Below are positions 9,340 to 18,798 of a DNA stretch of 59,270 nucleotides, piece after piece. Source of the DNA: Gemmatimonadales bacterium (GTDB taxonomy: Bacteria; Gemmatimonadota; Gemmatimonadetes; Gemmatimonadales; GWC2-71-9). Position 1 is the first letter of the stretch, and each line of letters begins with the position of its first letter. The notes beneath the pieces were generated by a model that made no database searches, was not told the origin of the DNA, and saw only the letters and a program-made list of their open reading frames with translations. The DNA lies in the NCBI GenBank assembly GCA_035559715.1, contig DATMAW010000044.1:1-59270 (forward strand), written 5' to 3'. A program made the translations under genes and the position numbers.

Positions 9340-10197
9340 GTGAACCCCTGGGACCGGGACCAGTCGCGACCAGCATTCTCACTCACGCCGGGCGTGAAGC
9401 GGCTCATTGCCGCCAACGCTCTCGTGTACCTGCTCGCCATCACCGTCTTCACGGGGCCGTGGTTCCTGCGGACGTTTGCGTTTTCGCCAGCCACCGCCTT
9501 GATGCGTCCCTGGACTTTCCTCACGTACATGTTCGTTCACGGGGGCGTTCTCCATCTCGCCTTCAACATGCTCATGCTGTTCTTCTTCGGACCCGCCGTC
9601 GAAGACCGGATGGGGACGCGAGCCTTCCTGGGTTACTACATCCTCTCGGGACTGGGCGGGGCGGCCCTGTCGTTTCTCATCGCCCTGTTTGGCCCAGTCG
9701 CACCGTTCGTTGGCGCATCAGGGGCGGTCTTCGGCGTCGCACTGGCGTTCGCCATGGCGTGGCCCAACGCGCCGATCCTCGTGTTCCCGCTCCCCGTGCC
9801 CATCAAGGCGAAGTGGCTCGTCGCCATCCTCGCGACGCTGGATCTGGCGCTCGCCGTGAGCGGCGCGAACGACGGCGTGGCGCACCTGGCGCACCTTGGG
9901 GGCTTCATTGCCGGGTTCCTGTACCTGCGCGCCGAGACGTGGCTGCGAGGGCGTCCGGAGCCCGTGCGTCCTGAGCACCGTCGCTCACTGACGCCGGCGC
10001 TCATGCATCCGCGAGACCGGGGCGAGCGGACGGCCCAGCGGCCCGGGCGCGCGCGGGCGGGAATATCGGCCGACGCACGCCGGTCCAGTGAAATGGACCG
10101 GTTGCTGGACAAGATCTCGGCCGGCGGAATCGAGAGCCTGACGCCGGAGGAACGGCGCCTCCTGGACGAGATGAGTCGCGATCTGAGACAACACTGA
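9340..10197 (+). CDS. Rhomboid-family intramembrane serine protease
   Basis: Multi-TM protein. Catalytic GASGAVFGV and HLAHLGGFIAGF motifs. Confidence 0.85.
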   Translation: MNPWDRDQSRPAFSLTPGVKRLIAANALVYLLAITVFTGPWFLRTFAFSPATALMRPWTFLTYMFVHGGVLHLAFNMLMLFFFGPAVEDRMGTRAFLGYYILSGLGGAALSFLIALFGPVAPFVGASGAVFGVALAFAMAWPNAPILVFPLPVPIKAKWLVAILATLDLALAVSGANDGVAHLAHLGGFIAGFLYLRAETWLRGRPEPVRPEHRRSLTPALMHPRDRGERTAQRPGRARAGISADARRSSEMDRLLDKISAGGIESLTPEERRLLDEMSRDLRQH

Positions 10198-10335
10198 AGG
10201 GCAGACCGTGCGCGCGGCGCCGGAAAGCGGGAGTCTGGACGAGATCCTCTCCTACGAACTCACGGCCGAGCACGCCGCTCAACGCCGGGACATCTTGTCG
10301 GACGAATAGGGGGCGCCCAAATTGGGGGCGCCTCG

Positions 10336-11280
10336 ATGCTTGTGAATCTCGTCCCGGAGTTCTTCGCGGCCCTCGACGCCCGCGACCCGGTGGACGCGTA
10401 TCACCATTACCTGGCGGCGCACGCGCCAGTGCTCTCCGCATACTGGCACAACTACGTCATCGATCTCGACAGCCCACACGCCGCCGACGTGGTGCGGCGG
10501 ACCGTTACCGCCGACCGACGCGATCTGCGCGCCCTGCTCGACAGTGTTGACGTTGTCGCGGCGGTGGAGGAAACCGCCTCGAGGTGCGCCGAGCTGTTCG
10601 ATGCCGACCGTCCCTTCGATGTGTACGTGATGGTCGGCGTAGGCGCCGCCAACGCGGGCGAACTGGTGGTGGCCGGACGCGGCATCGCATTCGTTTGCCT
10701 GGAGCACTTCACGGGCAAACCAAACCCCGAGACGTACGGACTCGGCCTATCCCCAGCGCTGCTCCCGCTGTGGGTCGCGCATGAAGTGGCGCACACGGTC
10801 CGCTACACATCGCCGGTGAGCAAGAGCGATCTCGCCCGAGTCATCGCCGAGGCTGATGGCCGCTATGACTACTGGGAGAGCGGCAGCCGCACGACCTTGC
10901 GAGAACTCCTGATCAACGAAGGGCTTGCGGTGACGGCGTCGCAGGCCGCCGTCCCGGGCTTTAAGCCGTGGGACTACCTGGGCTATGGCCGACGACAGTA
11001 CCGCCGGCTTCGAGAGCTGGATGCGTTCCTGCGTCGAGCGGTGGCTCCGGAGCTGGACCAAATGGGACTGGGGTTTCGCCTGCGTTACCTCGCGGGGGGC
11101 ACCAGTCCCAATACCAGGTTGGTGAGTGGCAAGGTCATCCCGGAGCGCGCCGGGTATTACATCGGCACCCGGATGGCCGAGGCCATCGTGGCAGACGTCG
11201 GGATCGCGGCGGCGCTGCGCACCTCGGCGGAGGAAGCCGGCGCGGCGGACGAGCGGGCCACCGGGATGCAAACGGCCTGA
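10336..11280 (+). CDS. Hypothetical Zn-metalloprotease-like protein (DUF2268-like)
   Basis: 314 aa with an HExxH motif (WVAHEVAHTVRY). The overall pattern recalls DUF2268 predicted proteases. Family assignment is from memory only. Confidence 0.5.
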   Translation: MLVNLVPEFFAALDARDPVDAYHHYLAAHAPVLSAYWHNYVIDLDSPHAADVVRRTVTADRRDLRALLDSVDVVAAVEETASRCAELFDADRPFDVYVMVGVGAANAGELVVAGRGIAFVCLEHFTGKPNPETYGLGLSPALLPLWVAHEVAHTVRYTSPVSKSDLARVIAEADGRYDYWESGSRTTLRELLINEGLAVTASQAAVPGFKPWDYLGYGRRQYRRLRELDAFLRRAVAPELDQMGLGFRLRYLAGGTSPNTRLVSGKVIPERAGYYIGTRMAEAIVADVGIAAALRTSAEEAGAADERATGMQTA

Positions 11281-11295
11281 ACAGTTGTCCCTTCG

Positions 11296-12657
11296 CTACT
11301 TTCCCACACAGAACCTGGAGAACAACCGGTCCAGCACGTCGTCGCGCGTGACCACTCCGATCAGGTCTTCGAGCGACGACACCGCGCCCCGCAGGTGTGT
11401 GGCTGCCACCACAGCCTCCAGACCGGCCCGCCGCGCCGCGCCGAACGCCCGAACCTCCGCCAGCGCGCGCTCGAGCGCGATCCGTTGTCGTTCCCTCGTC
11501 ACGATCGGTGCGATGTCCGCCCGACCTGCCAGCGTGGTAAACGCCGCACGCGCGAGGCGTTCTCGCAGCTCCACAAGGCCGGCCCCCGTGTGCGCCGACA
11601 CTCGGAGATCGCCTCCCCCCTCCGTTGCCCGCCCGCGCTCATCGGGCGCCGCATCCGCCTTGGTACGGACGACCACGGCCCGCGGCTCGATCTCCCCAAG
11701 GAACCGCCGCTCGTCCTCTCCCATCGTGGTCCCGGCTTCGACGCAGTAGAGCACCAGGTCGGCTGCCGCCAGATACCGCCGGCTCACCTCGATGCCGAGC
11801 CGCTCGATGCGATCGGCGTCGTCGCGCAGTCCAGCCGTGTCCACCAAACGGAAAGGGAACCCGTCACACGTCGCTGGCGCCTCAATGGCGTCTCGCGTGG
11901 TTCCGGGCACCTCGGTAACGATCGCTCGCTCGACTCCGAGGAGCGCGTTGAACAGTGACGACTTCCCGGCATTGGGCCGGCCGGCGATGACGACCAACGC
12001 GCCTTCCCGCAGCCGCTCTCCCTCTCGCGCCGTGCCGAGGAGCCGTTCGAGGGCCGCATCGAGCACCGAGAGCGCGCGCTCCACCCGTTCGGGGGCCACC
12101 GGTCCGCTGTCCTCTTCGGGGAAATCGATGTCGTAGCTCACCAGCGCTTCGAGCTCGATCACCTGTTCGCGCAGTTGCGCGACTTGCCGTGACAGCCCCC
12201 GATCCCATGCGTGCAGGGCCGCCCGACGCTGCGCCGGGGCCGTGGCGTCCACGAGATCGGCCACCGCTTCGGCTTGAAGCAGGTCCATCTTGCCGTTGGC
12301 GACGGCGCGCCGGGTGAACTCCCCGGGGGCCGCCTGTCTCGCCCCGGCCGCGAGCAACGCGGCGAGCGTCTCCGCGGGGACCAAGAGCCCGCCGTGTGTT
12401 GCGATTTCCACCGCGTCCTCGCCGGTGTACGAGGCCGGCGCGCGGTAGGCGGTGTACAGGGCCTGATCAATGCGCTCTCCGGTGAGCGGATGGAGGACAT
12501 ACGCGAGCCGGGCCGCCCGCGGTGGATCCACCACGAACGGGTGGAGCACGGACGCCGCCACGTCGTGCGCGCCTCGTCCCGAAAGGCGCACCACGGCGAT
12601 CGCCGAGCGCCCGGCGGGCGTGGCGAGCGCGGCAATGACATCCGAGAGCATGGCCAC
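11296..12657 (-). CDS. mnmE: tRNA uridine-5-carboxymethylaminomethyl modification GTPase MnmE
   Basis: 453 aa. G1 GRPNAGKSSLFNALL, DTAGLRD, and a C-terminal CVGK tetrapeptide (CxGK). Confidence 0.95.
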   Translation of the reverse strand: MAMLSDVIAALATPAGRSAIAVVRLSGRGAHDVAASVLHPFVVDPPRAARLAYVLHPLTGERIDQALYTAYRAPASYTGEDAVEIATHGGLLVPAETLAALLAAGARQAAPGEFTRRAVANGKMDLLQAEAVADLVDATAPAQRRAALHAWDRGLSRQVAQLREQVIELEALVSYDIDFPEEDSGPVAPERVERALSVLDAALERLLGTAREGERLREGALVVIAGRPNAGKSSLFNALLGVERAIVTEVPGTTRDAIEAPATCDGFPFRLVDTAGLRDDADRIERLGIEVSRRYLAAADLVLYCVEAGTTMGEDERRFLGEIEPRAVVVRTKADAAPDERGRATEGGGDLRVSAHTGAGLVELRERLARAAFTTLAGRADIAPIVTRERQRIALERALAEVRAFGAARRAGLEAVVAATHLRGAVSSLEDLIGVVTRDDVLDRLFSRFCVGK

Positions 12658-12669
12658 GCCCGCCGCTGC

Positions 12670-14325
12670 CTATCGAGAGGGTAGCCTGCCCGCGCGCTTC
12701 AGGCGCTCCCGCGCGATGAGCCACTGCTGCGGAATGCTCGCAATGTTGCTCACCGCGTAGTACAGGTTGAGGCCGGAGGAGAAGTTGAGGAACAACACCG
12801 TGAACATCACCGGCATGATGTACAGCATCATCTTGGCCTGGGGATTCGGCGGCACGCCGATCTGTCCCACCTTTGAGACCCCGTACATGGAGAGGCCCAT
12901 GACGATCGGAATAATGTAGAGCGGATCCGCACGCGATAGATCCGGCAGCCACAGGAACGGCACGCCGCGGAACTCGATCGTGTTGGCGAACACAAAGAAC
13001 AGGGCGAACAGCACCGGCATCGGGATCAGCATCGGGAGGCATCCGCCGAGCGGGTTCACTCCGTGCTGCTTGTACAGCTTCATCATTTCCTGCTGCATCT
13101 TCTGCGGATCGCTCTTGTAGCGGTCCTGGAGCGCTTTCACTTCCGGCTGAATCGCCTGTAGCGCCGTGCTCGAGCGCATGGCCACCTGATTGAGCGGCCA
13201 CAGGACCGCGCGAACCGCCAGGCCGAACAACACGAGCACCCAGCCATACTCCAGCCGAAGGGTCTCGTGCATCCACAGGAGCACCTGGACGATCAGGATC
13301 GCGAACGGCCGGATGATCGGCCGGAAGATCCAGCCGTATGGATTCACGTCTTCGAACTCGTAGCCGATCCGTGAGAGGCGACGGTATTCCTGCGGCCCCA
13401 CATACACGGCGTGCTCGAAGCTCCCGGCGGGTACGGCGAGCGAGACGGTGACGTGCACCTCGCTCGCCTGCTTCCCGGTGCGCGCTCCCCCAATCGCCAC
13501 GGCGCCCCCGAAGCGAGGCGCGGCTTGGTCCGGCACAAGCACGGCGGCGACGAAGTATTTGGACTTCAGCGCCACCCACTCGAACGGGCCGGCCAGCTCA
13601 CGCCGCTCACCGGGGTCGAGCGAGCCAAAGCCCAGGTTCTCCGTGGAGCGTGCCTTGGTTACGATGCCGTACGACCGGATGTCACCGACGCTGTCGGCCT
13701 CGACCAACCGGACTCTCGGGCCCATGCCGATCAACAGCAGTCCGCCAACGGGAAGTCCCGAGAGCGTTCCATGCACCGTGAACAGGTAGTCGGTGGGCGT
13801 GAACTGGTACGCCAGCCGCACCGATACCGGACCCTTCGCCGCCGTCCACTCGAGCGTGGCACCCGCGCTTCCCACCTCCAAACTGTCAGCGGACGGCTCG
13901 AACTCCCAATCGGACAGGGCCACCGTGTCTCGCCCAATCACGAGGCGATAGCTCTGGAACTCTGAGTTGACGGGAATCAGCTCCGCAGCACCAGAGTCTC
14001 CCGGGGCAAATGATCGATAGCCCTTCGGTCGCGCGCCGACCAGGCGACCGCCGCGAGATGAGAACGCGTAGCGGTAGAGTGGGCTGCTCACGACCACCGT
14101 TCGACTCCCCTTGCTGTCGGCACGCTGCGGGGGAAGTGCGGTGACGGTGTCAGGACGGAGGACCGCCGGAGCCGGGGGGCGCAGCGATGCTGACTCGGCG
14201 GCAGCGGGGCCGCGGGGGCCGGGGGGGCCGGGCTGCGGTGACGGCCGTTTCGGTGGAAACAGGATGCTGGGCAGCAGTGCCACGAGCATCGCGAGCGCGA
14301 TGGCGAGCAGTGTGCGTCGTTCCAC
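12670..14325 (-). CDS. yidC: Membrane protein insertase YidC
   Basis: 551 aa. N-terminal TM, large periplasmic domain, and conserved C-terminal core (NPLGGCLPMLIPMPVLFALF, GLNLYYAVSN). Confidence 0.9.
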   Translation of the reverse strand: MERRTLLAIALAMLVALLPSILFPPKRPSPQPGPPGPRGPAAAESASLRPPAPAVLRPDTVTALPPQRADSKGSRTVVVSSPLYRYAFSSRGGRLVGARPKGYRSFAPGDSGAAELIPVNSEFQSYRLVIGRDTVALSDWEFEPSADSLEVGSAGATLEWTAAKGPVSVRLAYQFTPTDYLFTVHGTLSGLPVGGLLLIGMGPRVRLVEADSVGDIRSYGIVTKARSTENLGFGSLDPGERRELAGPFEWVALKSKYFVAAVLVPDQAAPRFGGAVAIGGARTGKQASEVHVTVSLAVPAGSFEHAVYVGPQEYRRLSRIGYEFEDVNPYGWIFRPIIRPFAILIVQVLLWMHETLRLEYGWVLVLFGLAVRAVLWPLNQVAMRSSTALQAIQPEVKALQDRYKSDPQKMQQEMMKLYKQHGVNPLGGCLPMLIPMPVLFALFFVFANTIEFRGVPFLWLPDLSRADPLYIIPIVMGLSMYGVSKVGQIGVPPNPQAKMMLYIMPVMFTVLFLNFSSGLNLYYAVSNIASIPQQWLIARERLKRAGRLPSR

Positions 14326-14337
14326 GATCGCGTCAGC

Positions 14338-14577
14338 TCACGGGACGGGATCGTATCCGCTGCCACCGAACGGGTGGCAGCGGAAGATCCGCCGCAATCC
14401 CAGCCAGCCGCCGCGCAACACCCCGTACCGTTCCACCGCTTCGAGTGCATACGAGGAACACGTGGGAGTGAAGCGGCAGGGCGAAGGAATCGCCGCCGCC
14501 GCCCACTGGTAGGTCCGGATCAGGACCTCCACGACGCGTCGCGGCAGCGTGTTCAGCGTGAGAGTCCGCTCAGGCAC
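14338..14577 (-). CDS. yidD: Membrane protein insertion efficiency factor YidD
   Basis: 79 aa. [19 protein letters not shown], with GGxGxDPVP at the C-terminus. Confidence 0.85.
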   Translation of the reverse strand: MPERTLTLNTLPRRVVEVLIRTYQWAAAAIPSPCRFTPTCSSYALEAVERYGVLRGGWLGLRRIFRCHPFGGSGYDPVP

Positions 14578-14837
14578 CGGCCAAGGTCCTCAAGTAGCTC
14601 GCGCCACGACGAACCATACGCGCTCGGTCGGGCTCGCACCACTACGTCAACGGCGTCAAGCCGCGCGAGCCACTGGCGACGCATCGCCTCGCGCAAGCGG
14701 CGGCGTAACCGATTACGGCTCACCGCCGTGTCCCCATGGAGCGGAACGACAACTCCCAGGCGTGGATGTCCCAGGTTATTGGCAAACCAGAACACGTCGA
14801 GTCGGAGAGTGCGGGAGCGGCGACCCTGATCCATCAC
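14553..14837 (-). CDS. rnpA: Ribonuclease P protein component
   Basis: Lies between rpmH and yid[27 protein letters not shown] matches the RNR motif region. The start may lie a little further upstream at a non-ATG codon. Confidence 0.75.
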   Translation of the reverse strand: MMDQGRRSRTLRLDVFWFANNLGHPRLGVVVPLHGDTAVSRNRLRRRLREAMRRQWLARLDAVDVVVRARPSAYGSSWRELLEDLGRCLSGLSR

Positions 14838-14893
14838 CGTCCGGACACTGGACGCGCCCGTGAGACGCCGTGCCCGGGGCAGCCGTTCAGTCG

Positions 14894-15058
14894 TCAGGCC
14901 GCTCCGTGCTTCGAGGGCGGGCGCACAGACAGGCGCTTGCGTCCCTTCTTGCGGCGGCGACTCAAGACGGCGCGGCCCCAGCGCGTCCGCATGCGCGCGC
15001 GAAATCCGTGCTTTCTCACGCGCTTGCGGTTGCGCGGCCGGTACGTCGGTTTGCCCAT
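14894..15058 (-). CDS. rpmH: 50S ribosomal protein L34
   Basis: Hand-translated minus strand: [54 protein letters not shown], stop TGA (plus tca 14894-14896). Absent from the track because it is under 60 aa. Canonical position upstream of rnpA. Confidence 0.9.
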   Translation of the reverse strand: MGKPTYRPRNRKRVRKHGFRARMRTRWGRAVLSRRRKKGRKRLSVRPPSKHGAA

Positions 15059-15114
15059 GAGATTCGTCCGTTGCGGGCGCGAAAACTACCTGCGCCGAGG
15101 TTCAAGGGTCAAGG

Positions 15115-15141
15115 TTGACTTTTCCACAAACGACCTATAGG
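15115..15141 (+). promoter_or_regulatory. Candidate dnaA promoter (TTGACT-N15-TATAGG) overlapping a DnaA-box-like 9-mer TTTTCCACA (15120-15128)
   Basis: Read directly. The -35 is 6/6-like, the -10 is 4/6, and the spacer is short (15). The 9-mer is 8/9 to the TTATCCACA consensus. Confidence 0.35.
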
Positions 15142-15185
15142 TTCGGGCGCCCTGTCGGACCCCCTACCTTTCAAGTCAGCTGCGG

Positions 15186-16571
15186 ATGGAGTTGTCAGCG
15201 AAAGAGGCATGGTCACGCGTGCTCGAGCGGGCGCGGCGTGAATTGCCGGATGCCACCGTGCGAACGTGGCTGGAGCCGGCGGAGGCGTTGAGGTTGAACG
15301 AAGGGCGGCTGGTCCTGGCCGCCCCGGATCAGTTCGCCGCGGAGTGGAACGCCACCAAGCACGCGCCGCTGCTCTCCCGCCTCGCCGGCGAGGCGCTCGG
15401 GAGTCCGGTGGACGTGGTGTTTCAGGTACAGGAGGAACGTACGCGGCGAGCGCAAATGGACTTCTTCGTTGCCCCGCCCAGTACCGCCGAGGCCGCCGCC
15501 GAGCCGGCCCGTCATTCCACGCCGCTGAACGAGCGGTACACGTTCCGGACGTTCGTCATCGGGAAGTCCAACGAGCTGGCGGCGGCGGCAGCCCACGCCG
15601 TGGCCGAGGCGCCTGGCCGCACGTACAACCCGTTGTTCATCTACGGTGCCACTGGGCTTGGCAAGACGCACCTCATGCAGGCCATCGCCCACGCGGTCCT
15701 CGCTCACAAGAACGGATACCGCGCGGTGTACATGGGGGCGGAGCAATTCATCAACGACGTGATTGAGAGCATCCACTCTCGAACCATGTCGGAGTTCCGC
15801 CGGCGCTACCGCGCTGACGTGGACATGTTCCTCGTGGACGACGTGCATTTCCTGGAAGGCAAGGAAATGACGCAGGAGGAGTTCTTCCACACGTTCAACG
15901 CGCTCCACGAGGCCGGTAAACAGATCGTGCTCACGTCCGACCGGCCGCCAAAAGAGATCCCTGGCCTGGAATCCCGACTGGTGAGCCGCTTCGAATGGGG
16001 GATGGTGGCCGACATCGGCCAGCCTGACCTGGAGCACCGCATCGCGATCCTGCGCAAGAAGGCGGAGCAGGATCACCTGGAGCTCACCATTCCGGATGAC
16101 GTGCTTCGGTTCATCGCCGAGCACGTCCGCAGCTCGGTGCGCGAGCTCGAAGGCTGCATCATCAAGCTTCTGTTGTTCGCGTCGCTCAAACACCGCGAGA
16201 TATCGATCGACCTCGCCCGTGACGCGCTGTCTGACAAGATCCGCCAGAGCGAGGCCGCGGCTGCGACCGGGTCGAGGACCTTGCCCAGCGTCGATCGCGT
16301 CCAGGAGGTGGTCGCTCGGCGGTGGGGTGTGACACCGGAGGGCCTGCGGTCAAAAGCTCGCACCAAGACGCTCACCGTTCCGCGCCAGGTTGCGATGTTC
16401 CTCGCGCGCGACTTACTGGGCATGCAGCTGGTCGAGATTGGGCAGGCGTTCGGCGGGCGCGACCACTCGACAGTGATTCACAGTGTCGCGAAGGTGCAGT
16501 CGCAGCTGTCCGAGGATCGGCAGTTCCGGGATCGCGTGGATTCAGCGCGGCGGGAATTGTCCGCACCGTAG
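15186..16571 (+). CDS. dnaA: Chromosomal replication initiator protein DnaA
   Basis: 461 aa. AAA+ Walker A GATGLGKTHLMQAI, VDDVHFL, and a C-terminal DNA-binding domain (AMFLARDL...GGRDHSTVIHSVAKV). Confidence 0.97.
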   Translation: MELSAKEAWSRVLERARRELPDATVRTWLEPAEALRLNEGRLVLAAPDQFAAEWNATKHAPLLSRLAGEALGSPVDVVFQVQEERTRRAQMDFFVAPPSTAEAAAEPARHSTPLNERYTFRTFVIGKSNELAAAAAHAVAEAPGRTYNPLFIYGATGLGKTHLMQAIAHAVLAHKNGYRAVYMGAEQFINDVIESIHSRTMSEFRRRYRADVDMFLVDDVHFLEGKEMTQEEFFHTFNALHEAGKQIVLTSDRPPKEIPGLESRLVSRFEWGMVADIGQPDLEHRIAILRKKAEQDHLELTIPDDVLRFIAEHVRSSVRELEGCIIKLLLFASLKHREISIDLARDALSDKIRQSEAAAATGSRTLPSVDRVQEVVARRWGVTPEGLRSKARTKTLTVPRQVAMFLARDLLGMQLVEIGQAFGGRDHSTVIHSVAKVQSQLSEDRQFRDRVDSARRELSAP

Positions 16572-16743
16572 CAACATCCGGCGCTTGCGACGCGGATACT
16601 GTTGGCAGTCGGGGGAAAAATCAGAGGTGGTCCTCCCTCTCACTGCCGGTAGCCGACAACATACGAACAGTCGTAAGTGACCGAAGTGCTGTCTCCCGAT
16701 CAGCTTCGAGGGTTTGTCCAGATTTCCAGAGAGCCTACTAGGT

Positions 16744-16778
16744 CTACTACAGATATACTATTAGAATTGCAGTAGTAG
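16744..16778. repeat. AT-rich inverted repeat CTACTAC-N21-GTAGTAG in the dnaA-dnaN spacer
   Basis: Arms at 16744-16750 and 16772-16778 flank atatactattagaattgca. A partial third copy, cctactagg, lies at 16734-16742. It stands out against the GC-rich background. Confidence 0.6.
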
Positions 16779-16817
16779 TTTCTCTCCACAGCCCGTTGAA
16801 TCTGTGCGGGGAGCCTG

Positions 16818-17927
16818 ATGAAACTGACGGTAGCACGGGAACGACTGCAGGAAGGTCTTGTCGCGGTTGCCGCAAGCGTGCCGGCAAAGACTACGCTGCC
16901 TGTCCTCGCCAACCTGCTCGTTGAGGCCACCAAGGACGGCGTACGCCTGTCCGGGACGGACCTGGACGTGGCCGTGAGCATGGTCATCCCAGCCGATGTC
17001 GACGCCGATGGCGCCGTGACCCTCCCCGCAAAGAAGCTCGTGGAGATCGTTCGCGAGCTGCCGAGTGCCGGGATTCGGATCACGGCGGCAGGTGAGCAGC
17101 GGGTGAACCTGGAGTGTGGCCGCTCCAAGTTCAAACTACTTGGAATCCCCAAGGATGAGTTCCCTCGGTTTCCACCCGTCAAGTTCGACAAGGGGTGGAA
17201 GGTTACCTCCACTGACCTCCAGAAGCTGATTCAACACGTGTCGTTTGCGGCCTCTACGGAGGAAAGCCGGCCCATTCTCAACGGTGTGCTCTGGGAGCTG
17301 CGAGCCGACCGGATGCGAATGGTGGCGACGAACGGGCACCGGCTGGCCCGTCTCGAGGTACCTGTGTCCGGCGGCAAGGAAAGCGCCGAGCTCATCGTGC
17401 CGCCCAAGGCCCTGGAGCAGGTGCGCCGGCTGTTCGGACCGAAAGATGAGATCGAGGTGTCGCGGTCGGAGAACCACCTGGGTTTCCGGAGCGGACAAAC
17501 GCTCGTGTTCAGCCGCCTGATTGAGGGCCCTTATCCCAACTATGAGCAGGTCATTCCGCGTGAGAACGATCGCGTGGCCACGGTGGACCGCCAGACGCTC
17601 TCTGCGGCACTGCGCCGCGTTGGCGTTGTTGCGAGCGACCAGACACACCGCGTGCGGCTGGCGTTCAGCGCGGGCACATTGCGGTTTTCCGTGAACACGC
17701 CGGATCTCGGTGAAGCGCACGACGAAATCGCCGTGATGTACGAAGGGGACCCGCTGGAGATCGGCTTCAATGCGAGCTACCTGCTCGAGATTCTGAAGTA
17801 CATGCCTACGGACGAGGTGAGGATCACGTTCAAGGCGCCTGAGCGGGCGGCCACGGTGGAGCCCGTCGGGTGGGACGACAGCGCCTCGTACCTCTGCCTG
17901 GTAATGCCGCTGCGTCTGGTAGACTGA
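16818..17927 (+). CDS. dnaN: DNA polymerase III beta sliding clamp
   Basis: 369 aa. Position after dnaA, three-domain length, and typical N-terminus (MKLTVARERLQEGL) and C-terminus (YLCLVMPLRLVD). Confidence 0.95.
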   Translation: MKLTVARERLQEGLVAVAASVPAKTTLPVLANLLVEATKDGVRLSGTDLDVAVSMVIPADVDADGAVTLPAKKLVEIVRELPSAGIRITAAGEQRVNLECGRSKFKLLGIPKDEFPRFPPVKFDKGWKVTSTDLQKLIQHVSFAASTEESRPILNGVLWELRADRMRMVATNGHRLARLEVPVSGGKESAELIVPPKALEQVRRLFGPKDEIEVSRSENHLGFRSGQTLVFSRLIEGPYPNYEQVIPRENDRVATVDRQTLSAALRRVGVVASDQTHRVRLAFSAGTLRFSVNTPDLGEAHDEIAVMYEGDPLEIGFNASYLLEILKYMPTDEVRITFKAPERAATVEPVGWDDSASYLCLVMPLRLVD

Positions 17928-17939
17928 GGGGTCGCAGCC

Positions 17940-18791
17940 TCAGCGGACGGCGCCCGGCGCCCGCCGGCTTGCGACTGCTGTGAGGCTGAACCGGTCTGGG
18001 CGGTCCAGGTCCGCCGCGCGCGAGCCGCCGCCAAGAACGCCAAGCCAGTCCGCGCCGCCGAGCGCCAGCCCAACGATCCAGCGCTCGACCTTCTGGTCCA
18101 TGAAATCGGCGCCGGACAGGAAGTGAAAGCGCCGGCGTCCCCCGCCAACGCTCACGCGAACCATCGCTCGATAACGCAGGTCCGTGAAGCCGCCGGGCCC
18201 GGAGTCCGACGCTCCGGCCTCCCCTTCCAGTGACAGGTAGCCGGGCACGGGGAACCAGCGGGCACCGACCAGAGCCGTGACCGGCAGTTGGACTTGTCGG
18301 ACTATTGGGCGATTGATGTGGCGCACGCTTGCGCCAAGGTCGAGGGACCTCGATGGGCGGTAGGCAAGCCCGACATCCCATGCCTCGGCTGGGGGGCTTC
18401 CGCCGCCGCGGAACATCGTGAACGCGGCGCCGACGGAGCCGCCCGCAAACGGCAAGGCCAGCGCGAACCGCGTGAGGCCCACAGCGGCCGTGCCGACCGT
18501 CCGATCGCGCGCGTATGTAATCGCGAAGCCCCTGGAGTTGAGACCCAGCGTGTACTGGGATAGGGCCAACCCCTCGCCCGGTGGCCGATCCACGACCCCC
18601 TCCGCCATCACGGACGCTTCGAGCACGCGCGCAAGCCCCGCCGGATTGACCCATGCCGCACGCACGTCGTCTGGACCGGCCACGGTTAGATAGTCGGCCG
18701 TGCGGGGCCGCGGCACTTGCGCGGCCGCCTCCCGAGGCGGGACGCCGCAGAGCGCAACAGCGACAGCAAAGGGGAAAGCCGAGAGCCGCAT
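17940..18791 (-). CDS. Hypothetical secreted protein, probable outer-membrane beta-barrel
   Basis: In frame with track ORF 17940..19067, trimmed to ATG 18791 (MRLSAFPFAVAVALCGVPPREAAAQ signal). Has alternating-hydrophobic strands and a WVNPAGLA motif recalling PorV/PorQ-like barrels (weak, from memory). Confidence 0.5.
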   Translation of the reverse strand: MRLSAFPFAVAVALCGVPPREAAAQVPRPRTADYLTVAGPDDVRAAWVNPAGLARVLEASVMAEGVVDRPPGEGLALSQYTLGLNSRGFAITYARDRTVGTAAVGLTRFALALPFAGGSVGAAFTMFRGGGSPPAEAWDVGLAYRPSRSLDLGASVRHINRPIVRQVQLPVTALVGARWFPVPGYLSLEGEAGASDSGPGGFTDLRYRAMVRVSVGGGRRRFHFLSGADFMDQKVERWIVGLALGGADWLGVLGGGSRAADLDRPDRFSLTAVASRRAPGAVR

Positions 18792-18798
18792 CTTGCCC

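Noticed and set aside
10208-10332. A 33-codon ORF (GTG 10208 to TAG 10309) and a GGCGCCC-N7-GGGCGCC hairpin (10312-10332) between the rhomboid gene and the DUF2268-like gene
   Set aside because: The ORF has no RBS or recognisable features. The hairpin lacks a U-tract and ends 3 nt before the next start codon. It could affect RBS access, but the evidence is too thin to call.
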